Positions 11,501 through 20,872 of a stretch of 64,000 nucleotides of DNA are shown piece after piece. Within the stretch, counting starts at the first letter, position 1, and each line of letters starts with the position of its first letter. Location: positions 34,782,001 to 34,846,000 of the forward strand of contig OZ116699.1 of the NCBI GenBank assembly GCA_964199315.1. Reading direction: 5' to 3'. This DNA is from Orbicella franksi. Its lineage: Eukaryota. A model generated the notes under the pieces. That model saw only the letters and a program-made list of their open reading frames with translations. It made no database searches and was not told the DNA's origin. Made by a program: the position numbers and the translations under genes.

Positions 11501-14500
11501 ATGATTATTTTTTCATATAGGAAAAAAAGGACTTAGCTTTAATAGGAAGTATCGGCGATATCAGTTTTTAGCGGATAGTGCAAGGTGTACAGAAAAGAAG
11601 AAGAAATCATTTTGTGTAAATAAAGCATGAATTGTTAGACTACCTGAAAAACCAGATAAACACTCTGTTGAGAATTTGTAATTTTTTCTTACAACAAACT
11701 AGGCCCAAAAATATTTCTGTATCCAGTCCTGGAAATGGCTGCAACCTTTCCGCTACAATCAGTGACACAGCTGTATTCCTTTGTTGTTCAACAGCAGTTA
11801 CAAATAGGCCTTTTTCGCTTGGGCGGTTTTCTATCCCATTACAGACCACATGATATTCTCTAGAGTATTGTTCTTTTATCCATCTAAAAATTAATTATTT
11901 ATAAGCACACGACTACATGTATTAGAAAATTAGAAAGGAATTCTCAAGAGCCATTGCCCCATTTCACATGGTCTGAAATAGGGCAACGAACCGTCCAGTC
12001 GAAAAAGGTCTATTACCCTGGCGTGACACCAGTTGCAATGGCCCTGTTCTTCCAGAGGAGAGTTAGGTACTAAGGTCTTGTACTCGTGTACTATTTGGAT
12101 CAACCGTTTCTGGTTGGTTGGGGTTTTTCGTGATCTAATGGGGAAAAACCGTTTTCAGTTGAATTGGTTTGGTTTATCAACTAAGTTTTCAACCGGCCTC
12201 AAACCAGGTTGAAACGGTTGAAACGGTTGAAAAAGCATTTGTGTGATTATGTCACGTGATTGTAGCTTGCCTAAGGACCAATCCCAGGTGTTAGCGGGTT
12301 TCACTTTTCCCGGTGGGAAAAGTGTTCTTTTGAGAAACGGCAACCGTATGAACCAAACCGATTGCGGTTGAAAAGGTTGATCCCAATAGAACACGACCTA
12401 AGAGAAAGAGAGATACCAACTGCATGTTTCTCGCGCACGTCACCACCTATTCTGATTGGTTAAGTTCATTACGCTATTTGCGGTGACAGTGAATGTCTTT
12501 GAGATTCGCGGATTAATATTTTAACATTACGGCAGTTGTTGAGAACACTAACCTACCTTAAAACCAAGAACGGAGAACACTACAACAGCTGCAAAGACTG
12601 ACGTCAAGCTGTCAATTAAAGATACAAAGATGGCGTCTCGACGGCAGTTGTTATGTACTGGGTTGTAACTTGACATGGCGATAAGGGTTCCAAAACCGAC
12701 ACCAACAGAAAAGAACACTTGTGTAGCGGCCTCCAGCCATACTAAAGGAGAAGCTAGTCTAGAAAACTAACACGAACAAAATGAAATCAATGCACCTCCC
12801 TACTCCGGGATAGTTCAGATAGACAGGTTAATTTTCAAAAGAGTACTAGTTTTTAAGTAAAAGTAGAATATCTCTTGCCACACCTTTGATTACCTGAGGC
12901 TTAAACATGTGTATTATTCCATCCAATGACCCTTTCAATGTTACAGCTCTTCCAAAGAAAATAGCCAACACAACGTATGGCAGTGTAGCGGTCACATATA
13001 CTGCCTGATGACAAAAAGGGAAAATAATACAGGTTCACTCCCGTACCAAGAAGGGATTATTGTCACTAACATAGAGTCTCGTCTAGTTTGTGAATGAAAT
13101 TTTAGGATTACAGCGTATTACGTATACATGTATGCACGGACGAATACAGAATATAGGTAAACCCAGAGAGGAATTACTTTTTAAAATCATTTTAGACTAA
13201 CGTTTTCTGAATTTTTTAGCCTCAGTTGGTTTTCGCACTGAAATTCTAATTTGACTTCGGGGATAGAGTCCAAGAGAAGCAAGAATACAAGGAAAAAGTG
13301 ATTAATTTCGTTTGCTTTGTTTCGCTGGGCGAAGAAGATCTGAAATAAGAAATATATCACAGCTTACTCAGTCCTCTTAATCTCGCATTCAAACAAAGTC
13401 ACTTCCAAGTAACATAGTCCTCAATAGTATTCCACAAGAACTTACAATCCGTGGGGTAACAGGCCGCGGTGAACTAGAAAACTTTAGGCGAATCTAAAAA
13501 TAGCTCAGGATTGACGAGGAACCACTGTCCCCCTTATGTGATGCTCTCTCATTGTGTCTCGGCAGCGCACTTAACCAAAATTGTCATATCAAGAAGTAAT
13601 AACATGCTATTCTATCGTGAGAATTGCTAGAACGTTACCTTCCCAGCTGACTGGACCCCACGGCTGACGAACAAGAACAGGACAATCCATGCCAGTAGCA
13701 GCACAAGGCAGAGATGCCATTGGAAATCACCCATTTCCTCGATAGAACTCGTCGCACCGAGAGCTTTAGTGTACCAGAAATACTGTGTGCGACCTGCTAG
13801 TTTGCATTCCTCGTTAACCGTGCAGTTCACTCCACTAGGACAAGAGGAATAGGGCAGAGGGTCTTGAAAAGACACAAAAAGGTAGTAAAAACACCAGCCA
13901 ATGATCATGTTGTAGTACATGGAAATCAGAATACACACGACCACCGAAGCAAGCCCAACCCCACCCAGGTAGGGATGAATCGCCTTCCATACGCCGATGG
14001 GACCCTGGCGGACGCTTTGGCCAATGGCGAGTTCCAAGAAGAACAGCGGAATTCCGAGCAAGATCAGGCTGATGAAATACGGAATGAGAAATGCACCTGA
14101 AGAAATCAAAGGTGACACAGTGAAGTTAACTTCACAACACAACACGCGAGTGAGATAAGTTTTAAAGTGACCCGGTGACCATGAAAGTACAACAACGACT
14201 GTCCAGGCTCGGTCAATTTTGTATTTATCATATGGCCACCTCCGTCAGCGGGCAAGATGAACCGAACCCTGCGCTGTGAATGGCTACCCGAGCGGCCAAG
14301 ATGGCGCTACCTTGCCCACTCGGGATTGCCCGCGGTGTGCCGTAAGTAAATAGTGTTCTTGCCCTATATAATTAATAATTTCTTTATTGACCAAGCTTGT
14401 CCGGTCAAAATGGCTGGATATTGGCCTCGTTCTTTTTTTTTCGTGTTTGCGGACATCGACTCTGTCTCGGTCCATAAAAACGTAAAACAAAGAACTTGGC

Positions 14501-16102
14501 CAATATCCAGCCGTCTTGACCGAACAAGCTTGGTCAATAACCCCTTTGACTACAAAACAAGCTTGTCGAGCCGAGAAACTCTACAGGTTTTTTGTGAGCG
14601 AAATTTGAGAAACTTGCCTCTGCCTTGTCAGTCGAGGATGGCAACTAGAGTAAATTTTAAAAGAACCGTTATGGGTCTCCTTTAAAACATAGAGAGAAAG
14701 AGTTCTGATCGCTTGTTAAAGGGAACAACCGCATTATACCGACGAAAAACGTCCTTCCTCGTTCAAGTAAGGTGTCGTGTGGGCACTTGATAAGCTCTTC
14801 AGTGCTTTTCCTCAACGAAGTCATTCTGAATCAGTAAAATAAATCACTACAATTTTTGTGTTTGTGAGGATAAAAGAGGCTAACTGGTTTTTTGTTGTTT
14901 CGTTTGTTTTCATCGTTTTGACCCGTAAGGTCCAGTCGATCTATTGTTACCAAGAGTTACCGTTTTGCAGGCGTAAAATTCGGATTCGTTGATTTGCCTT
15001 TTAGCTTCAGCGCTCGCTGCTAATATCATTTACCGCCGAATGCCAAGATGCCATTTTATCTTTTTCTTTTCGGTCATCGCAATTCGACAACTTTGAAGAT
15101 AGAATTGTTTTCCGTCGGTTTTGCTCGTTGTTACAAACGAGCAATGCGGGAATCTTCAACTTTTGCTTACTCCTGTATGCCACTGACATTAGTGTATTCG
15201 TCGTTTACGACATTTAGCAAAATTCTCCAAGTTAATATGTATTCTTACTTTCAGAATTCGCGGGGAACATTGTAAAAACATTTTCATAAGAAAAAATTAC
15301 TGTTATATATCGTTACTGTTAGAGGATTCTAGTAGCTCGAAATTTATACAGTAAAAAGAAAAACAGAGTTACAAAAAAATATGTAATCATCAGGCTGGGC
15401 TTTATAAACATTGAATGTTACTTGATATTAAACTTGTGAGGTTAGATCCTTTAAAAGTGCACTAATTTCAGTTAAATACGGATATAAATTCGTGTCATTT
15501 TTTAATCCCCACAACAGGACGTCTTTTGCTTTCGCATTTTAAACACTTTATTGTTCGATACATGTGCTATCGTGAATAAACAAGCATTTATACTTCCAAA
15601 GATAGGAAATGGTATCTCAAAAGCACAGAAAAATAGACTGCAGTTGAGTGTCGAAAGGGACGAAGTTAGCCGTTACAGAATAGGATAATTTTGAAAATCT
15701 CGTTCTGATGTTAGAAAAGGGTCAAATTATTTTTTTTTGTTGTTTTCAACCGCGCGGTTGCCACAGTGTATTATGCGACTATCAAATGCTGTATCTATTC
15801 TTATCGCTTATTGTATGTCCAATTTTCACACGTTAAATTACAGAAAATTTTCTCTTACCTCCTCCATTTTTCTGGCACAAATAAGGAAATCTCCATAAAT
15901 TTCCGAATCCAACAGCAAAGCCGATAGTGGCGAGAATATACTCAGCTTTGTTGCCCCATGTCCGGCGCCCTATAACTTCCATTTCGCTCGCCGTGTCCCT
16001 CTCCGAGTCATCACACTTGCCTTCTGTCGCTATTTCATCGTTATCACCCGTGGTTAGAGCCAGAGTTACCTGGCCGTCTTTTCGATTCTCTCTCGCCGTC
16101 AT
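8579..16102 (-). CDS. SLC6 (neurotransmitter:sodium symporter) transporter, nutrient amino-acid subfamily (SLC6A15-20/B0AT-like), 9 coding exons, 622 aa
   Basis: Exons (minus): 16102-15859, 14096-13639, 13004-12894, 12766-12557, 11439-11323, 10575-10377, 9952-9793, 9371-9209, 8785-8579. All introns are GT-AG with compatible phases; total 1869 nt, no internal stop. Motifs [57 protein letters not shown]. An acceptor at 16130-16131 and a strong donor (GTGAGTA) near 16613 suggest a 5' UTR exon. Confidence 0.95.
10800..11125 (-). mobile_element. Penelope-like element 3' fragment (GIY-YIG endonuclease C-terminus plus 3' end) in SLC6 intron 5
   Basis: Minus translation [50 protein letters not shown] matches the typical end of Penelope GIY-YIG ORFs, with one premature stop. 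A hammerhead-type motif follows. Confidence 0.85.
10817..10855 (-). ncRNA. Minimal type-I hammerhead ribozyme variant (Penelope-associated, dimer type)
   Basis: Minus 5'-ATTC TTGATAA T GATGT TGGAT ACATC GAA ACGT C GAAT-3'. Helix I ATTC/GAAT; core UUGAUAA (U3-A8 instead of C3-G8); helix II GAUGU/ACAUC; GAAA; palindromic ACGU helix III; GUC cleavage triplet ending at 10821. Confidence 0.72.
11804..12014. mobile_element. Short MITE
   Basis: TIR AATAGGCCTTTTTCGCTTGGGCGGTT vs AACCGTCCAGTCGAAAAAGGTCTATT. Confidence 0.6.
12070..12402. mobile_element. MITE in SLC6 intron
   Basis: Imperfect TIR (CGTGTACTATTTGGATCAACC / GGTTGATCCCAATAGAACACG) with internal GAAACGGTT repeats. Confidence 0.5.
14223..14541. 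repeat. Palindromic interspersed repeat (MITE-like) in SLC6 intron 1
   Basis: About 43-bp inverted arms TTATTGACCAAGCTTGTCCGGTCAAAATGGCTGGATATTGGCC and GGCCAATATCCAGCCGTCTTGACCGAACAAGCTTGGTCAATAA. Confidence 0.7.
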
Positions 16103-17220
16103 TTCCGCCAAGTTATAAGCGCGCGAGAACTGAAAAATACAACTTGCCTGCAGGCTGGCTTGTGGACAAAAGCTATCGACCCATGAATGAAAATAAATAC
16201 AAACCGGTTTTTTTCAAATCCTAATAAACGGGTTTGACTGGTTGTAAAATCTGCTTATTTAGTAGAAAAATCACAGTTCTATGTTGTGTTCAAGGAATCG
16301 ACGGTATCTAAGCGAGTGAAAAACTTTCCAGTCTGTTAAATAACGTGGAAACAATTTCAAAACATTTGCGTGCGTGTGGAGAGAGAGTTCACAACCGCGC
16401 CATGTGAGTCAACATTACATCAGCCAAATTGTATTGCATCGCTTTGTTCTACAGAGGCGCGTTTTGATGGAAATGTTGTCAACAATTTTTTTTTGTCTAT
16501 TGTGAAGAGTACTTTACAAATTTGTTAATGTCGCCCTCACTGGAAAATAAGGCCAGAGTCGGACAGCTTACATCCATAGACCGAAAGAGACAACTTGCAT
16601 ACTTTCTACTCACGCAGCATAAAAAAATACAAGTTGAAACGAAGGAAATGAGTCTCTGTTTCCAATAGAAAGCGTTAATATTTGCTTTGATGGAATGTCA
16701 AGATTCTTCAGTTCAGGAAAGTCACTGATATGTCGGATTATGCAAATCCTTGGTAGACCGTTTGAAATAAATTAGCCGCTTGTGTGCATAGCGGGCCGGG
16801 AAAGTGTGAGCTTATAAACATAGGCCTATGTTCTTTTATATTGTCTCTCATTTCCTCTTGTTTCTTACAATTTTTCTAAATACTAAAGTAGAATGCATAG
16901 TGCAACGTGTTTAGCTTTATATTAACACAGATAATCCACACTGAATTATCTTCATTTTCGCCCTTGATGAGAAAAGCTAGGTCATTAAAACATGATGGAA
17001 GCTGTTATGAGTTACCCTAAGGTTTAAGGTTGAGCGGCAGGCAGCAGTAAAAGGAATTAACTAGCCCAATGATTATTTTATTCCACAACTGTTTTCCTAT
17101 TGGAGGATAACAATGGGAATTTCGAAGTAAACAATAACATCATTAGTCAGAGCAATATTATGTGTTTTTACAATAGCGTTTTAACATGACGTCACAGGGC
17201 CATTCGATTGATGTTCTTAC

Positions 17221-17251
<31 letters not shown>

Positions 17252-17265
17252 ATAATAATAGTAAC

Positions 17266-17301
<36 letters not shown>

Positions 17302-17312
17302 TATAATAATAA
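17221..17312. repeat. Compound microsatellite (TAC)n-(AAT)n-(GATAAT)n
   Basis: Directly visible; probably the displaced tail of the LINE at 20313. Confidence 0.95.
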
Positions 17313-17727
17313 AATGAGATTTTACTGTCACGCCAGTAAAATATAGTTAATGGAGCGTGACGTACGTTCTGAATGAGCCGTTCATGGCCGCATCACTTTC
17401 TATAGAGCTATTGTGCAGTTATATTCCAAAGGTCAACAAACTGTAAGCGTTATTGTAGCTAAACCTAAAACATTGTAGCTTTGTTATCTTCTGAACGTTA
17501 TAACGTACCATAGCATTGGTGCAAAGCATTAAAGCACTATTCATGTTTAAGATGTTACACGTGTTAGGGTAAGCTGTTCGGTAGTACAGCCTTTTCTACT
17601 GGCTTATAAGCAGACGAACGTCTCCATATAAAAGCTCGGAAAACTGTTCAGAGTCCATTCTGAGTTCGTCTAAGCAACGTAGCTATTACTTATTGTAAAT
17701 CTATCGTTTAATTTTTGTAAACCTTCC

Positions 17728-18996
17728 ATGGCTCGCTCTCGCCGCTCGTCGAATACTGCTCGGGTCGTTACCAGAAGTGAGGACCTATCGAAGCTATCCA
17801 GCGAGGTCCTCAAACTCCTTCTTCAATCGCTGAATTTGCCCATAACAGGTTCCAAAGTGCAACTCCTCGCCCGGCTCAAGCGAGCATCGACGGGAAAGGC
17901 CAGTCAATCTAAACGAAGACCTGGTCGGCCTCAACGTACTCGTCACACGGCGAACAAAACATCCACGCAACAGCCGTCCACTACAGCCAGTGAAATCGAC
18001 GCCACTCAAGGCCGGCGTCTCAGCATTCCGGAGGACAGCGCCCTCTCCGACCGCGCCTCGCTGTCTTCGATTGAGGACATGCTGCAGTCAGATACAGAGG
18101 AAGATCTCTTCCATACTAATCACTCTACCGATCAAAGAGACGCCCTCAGTCCAGCGCAGCGTTCTGCCATCGAGGACATTGTATCCTGGTCTGTACACAG
18201 CGCTCTGGACGCCGTTCGTACAAACAGCGCCTTCAGCCCAACGCCCTCCAGCCAAACTCTCGCAGCTTCGGGTATGGCGTCTCCTTTGGGTCTGTCGAGG
18301 CCAGTGGACCGTAATATGGAGGACAAAATACTCCGCGGTGAGTACGTTGATCTTGCCTTACTCTTACCTGACAACTTGTATCAGTCCCAGGCCCCTGAAA
18401 TTCAGCTCCGCTTAGACGACTCGTCCTTAGGTCCCCTGGGTTCCCCGGTCACCATGGTTAGGAAAAGAAAACCCGTTATAGACTCTTTTCAGAAGTGGCT
18501 GGAGGCCTACATGGTGTACATGTTGGTCATTGTAACTGCCTATCCAAGACGGGCCCTTGAGCTGATTAAGTACCAGCAGATAATTAGTCGCGCGGTAACT
18601 AAATTCAAGGGTCTTGCTTGGCTTTCCTACGACCAGCAATTTCGTCGCCGTGCCTCTTCCAATTTGTCCCTTCAGTGGGACAAAGAAGACCTGGAGTTAT
18701 GGACGGTGACCTTCTCAGGCCAAGCTAAGCCCCATTGCGGTATCTGCTCGAGTCCCTATCACGCTGAAGATGTCTGTCCTTCCGCTGACCCCTACAGAAA
18801 ACAGCGTCGTTCCCAGACGGTGTGTTTTGACTTCAACAAGTCCTCTAGGTGCCGGCGCCGAAACTGCAGCTACCCGCACGTGTGCCGCCGCTGCTACTCA
18901 AACGGCCACACCGTCCAAGACTGCCCTCAGCAACAATTTAGTGGCCAAGCCCGGAACGCGGGAGTCCCCAGACCTAGTGAGCGAAGCAAGAAGTAA
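17728..18996 (+). CDS. Gag-like ORF1 of the YR retrotransposon, 422 aa
   Basis: N-terminal SAP-like motif (LSSEVLKLLLQSLNLPITGSKVQLLARLK), central helical region (WLSYDQQFRRR), C-terminal Cys/His fingers (CGICSSPYHAEDVC; CFDFNKSSRCRRRNCSYPHVCRRC...HTVQDC). Confidence 0.9.
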   Translation: MARSRRSSNTARVVTRSEDLSKLSSEVLKLLLQSLNLPITGSKVQLLARLKRASTGKASQSKRRPGRPQRTRHTANKTSTQQPSTTASEIDATQGRRLSIPEDSALSDRASLSSIEDMLQSDTEEDLFHTNHSTDQRDALSPAQRSAIEDIVSWSVHSALDAVRTNSAFSPTPSSQTLAASGMASPLGLSRPVDRNMEDKILRGEYVDLALLLPDNLYQSQAPEIQLRLDDSSLGPLGSPVTMVRKRKPVIDSFQKWLEAYMVYMLVIVTAYPRRALELIKYQQIISRAVTKFKGLAWLSYDQQFRRRASSNLSLQWDKEDLELWTVTFSGQAKPHCGICSSPYHAEDVCPSADPYRKQRRSQTVCFDFNKSSRCRRRNCSYPHVCRRCYSNGHTVQDCPQQQFSGQARNAGVPRPSERSKK

Positions 18997-19932
18997 AGTG
19001 GAGCAGCAAAGGCGTCATCAGAAGCATTAGTATCCTCACCTATTGACATTTATCACTTAGATTTAGAATTAACTGATCATCCGGATCGTAATTTTGTCTT
19101 TAATTCGCTAAGTACGCTTAAAGAAGGCGCTCGTATTGGTTATTGTGGGCCGCGTTCAGCCCGGATTTCCCCCAATAGCACAATTAAACTCTATTTAGCA
19201 GCTGTTCGCAACCTCCATATCACTGCTGGGTACAGTGACCCTCTGAAGGGCAAGCTTCTTCTCCACAAGGTTTTACGCGGTATTCTCCGCTACCAAGGCG
19301 AACAGCGTATTCGCCGTCAACAGGTTACCCCTCAGGTTCTCTCGGCAATCCGTCCTGTTCTGCAATCATGGCTTAGCCCCCGGGATTTCTCCATGATCTG
19401 GGCCGCCTTCAATTTAGTCTTTTTCGCCTTCCTGCGATGCAGTGAATTTACCTACAACAGTGTTCGCAAATTAAGACCGCTTTTTGATCTTTCTACTGAT
19501 TGTATAGCCTTTGATCCAACCCTGGCATGCCCGCAGCGCATGACGGTGCAGCTAAAATCTTCAAAAACAGATGTTTACAGGCGAGGGCAATCTCTCACCA
19601 TCGCTCGCACTTCGTCCACCCTTTGCGCGGTGTCGGCTATGCGAGAGTACTTTCTCTTTGCACGGCCACAACAGGGTCCCTTATTTTACTTCCAGTCAGG
19701 TAATTTGCTTACTCGGAGATCGGTTTCGCACCTTCTACGGGACAGTTCGAGGGTCGCAGGTCTTCCTTACCAGAGTCTCAAGGGCCATAGCTTCCGCATA
19801 GGTGTTGCGTCGGTTGCCGCTGCTGCCGGCTTGCCAGACTGGCTTATTAAAGTCATGGGTCGCTGGTCCTCAGACTGTTACCAGCTTTATATAAGAACTC
19901 CTCAATCAGTCAGTAGCTCCCAGGATGGCTAA
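18997..19932 (+). CDS. In-frame fusion of a pol N-terminal stub to a tyrosine recombinase (stop-to-stop ORF, first ATG only at 19393)
   Basis: Open from the codon after the gag TAA: ...SSPIDIYHLDLELTDHPDRNFV...GARIGYCGPRSARISPN | STIKLYLAAVRNLH...FAFLRCSEF...KSSKTD...GHSFRIG...GRWSSDCYQLYIR. Catalytic R, K, HxxR, W and Y are present. Junction near 19176/19177. Confidence 0.85.
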   Translation, partial: SGAAKASSEALVSSPIDIYHLDLELTDHPDRNFVFNSLSTLKEGARIGYCGPRSARISPNSTIKLYLAAVRNLHITAGYSDPLKGKLLLHKVLRGILRYQGEQRIRRQQVTPQVLSAIRPVLQSWLSPRDFSMIWAAFNLVFFAFLRCSEFTYNSVRKLRPLFDLSTDCIAFDPTLACPQRMTVQLKSSKTDVYRRGQSLTIARTSSTLCAVSAMREYFLFARPQQGPLFYFQSGNLLTRRSVSHLLRDSSRVAGLPYQSLKGHSFRIGVASVAAAAGLPDWLIKVMGRWSSDCYQLYIRTPQSVSSSQDG

Positions 19933-20312
19933 CATTGTTGAACGTTTCTCGCCGAACTAGCTTCTCACCGACTTCCATGGTTTAGGGGATGCATTGCCTT
20001 GCATGCATCAGTGGCGGTTAAGTCTGCGCAGCGACTTCCCCCAAGCTTGTTGTTTTTTCATCGCCTTTGAACATCGCTTGCTAACCGATACTCTTGTCCG
20101 ATCCAGCACGTGCTGTCTGTCATTCAGCTCGTAGTGCTGGGGAGATAAGTGAGGTTGTTTTGTCACGCTATCGCCGGAAGTGGCATGGGCTAACCAAACG
20201 CAAGGCAGTGTTCCCCCATTAACGCCATCAACAGTTGTTTGTATTTGAGTAATAGCTCTGGTTCAATCTCAAGTCGCCACGGTTAACTTACTTTCGCTGG
20301 AACAACGACATT

Positions 20313-20560
20313 AACTTTATTTATTGAGGGTAGCACACAACAGTAATAACTGAAAAACCAGTGGCCCTCACATAAATATTTACAGAATAAAAAAGATGAC
20401 AAGTTAAAAATTAAAAATTAAAAATATAGAAACTGATTCTCAAGTATGCAAGCTTATAAGGTTCGGTTGGTTTTTGATATGGGCAGGCATCATATTCCAG
20501 AGGCGGCTAGTCGATACTGAGAGAGACCTTCCACCCTCAGACTCCTGTTGAATTGGGGAT
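20313..20560 (-). mobile_element. LINE (CR1/L2-like) 3' fragment
   Basis: Minus translation SPIQQESEGGRSLSVSTSRLWNMMPAHIKNQPNLISL resembles the C-terminus of CR1/L2-group ORF2. The 3' UTR ends ...GTGTGCTACCCTCAATAAATAAAGTT. Confidence 0.75.
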
Positions 20561-20562
20561 AC

Positions 20563-20872
20563 CATAGCTACGCCGTAGAAATTTGAAAACGCAGCTTTAT
20601 TTATACAGTTAAACCCACCGTCCAAATACACTTATCCAGAGAAATTGTCCGCGAAAACGGAACTTTTCGAAAAAGCCCATCAAACCGGAGGGATTTGAAA
20701 ACGTCGGCTTTGCAGTTTAGTTACGCAAAAATGGAGCTTTAGGAAACAATGACGTCACGATAATCATGTGACTAACCCTAACCCTCCAGGGGCCCTCCAG
20801 GGTACATTCAGACGTTTCTGCCGCCGGTAATTGTTGGGCTTCAAATTTCTCCAGCGTAGTGTATACGGACCT
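20563..20872. mobile_element. Harbinger-like MITE, family copy 2 (degenerate)
   Basis: Shares GAAATTTGAAAACG, GACGTCACGATAATCATGTGA and the terminal GTAGTGTATACGGACCT with the copies at 6886 and 45132. Confidence 0.65.

Larger units (their letters stand above)
17313..20311 (+). mobile_element. DIRS/Ngaro-type tyrosine-recombinase retrotransposon, RT/RNaseH-deleted derivative (about 3.0 kb)
   Basis: TATAAAA at 17627 and Inr-like CCATTCT (A at 17657), intact gag, a short pol N-terminus fused to the YR, and a 3' inverted-repeat structure. Boundaries inferred from the microsatellite (left) and LINE end (right). No split direct repeats were recognised. Confidence 0.85.

Noticed and set aside
20771-20785. 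CTAACCCTAAC as a telomerase RNA template
   Set aside because: It lies inside a MITE, and I saw no pseudoknot, CR4/5 or H/ACA context.
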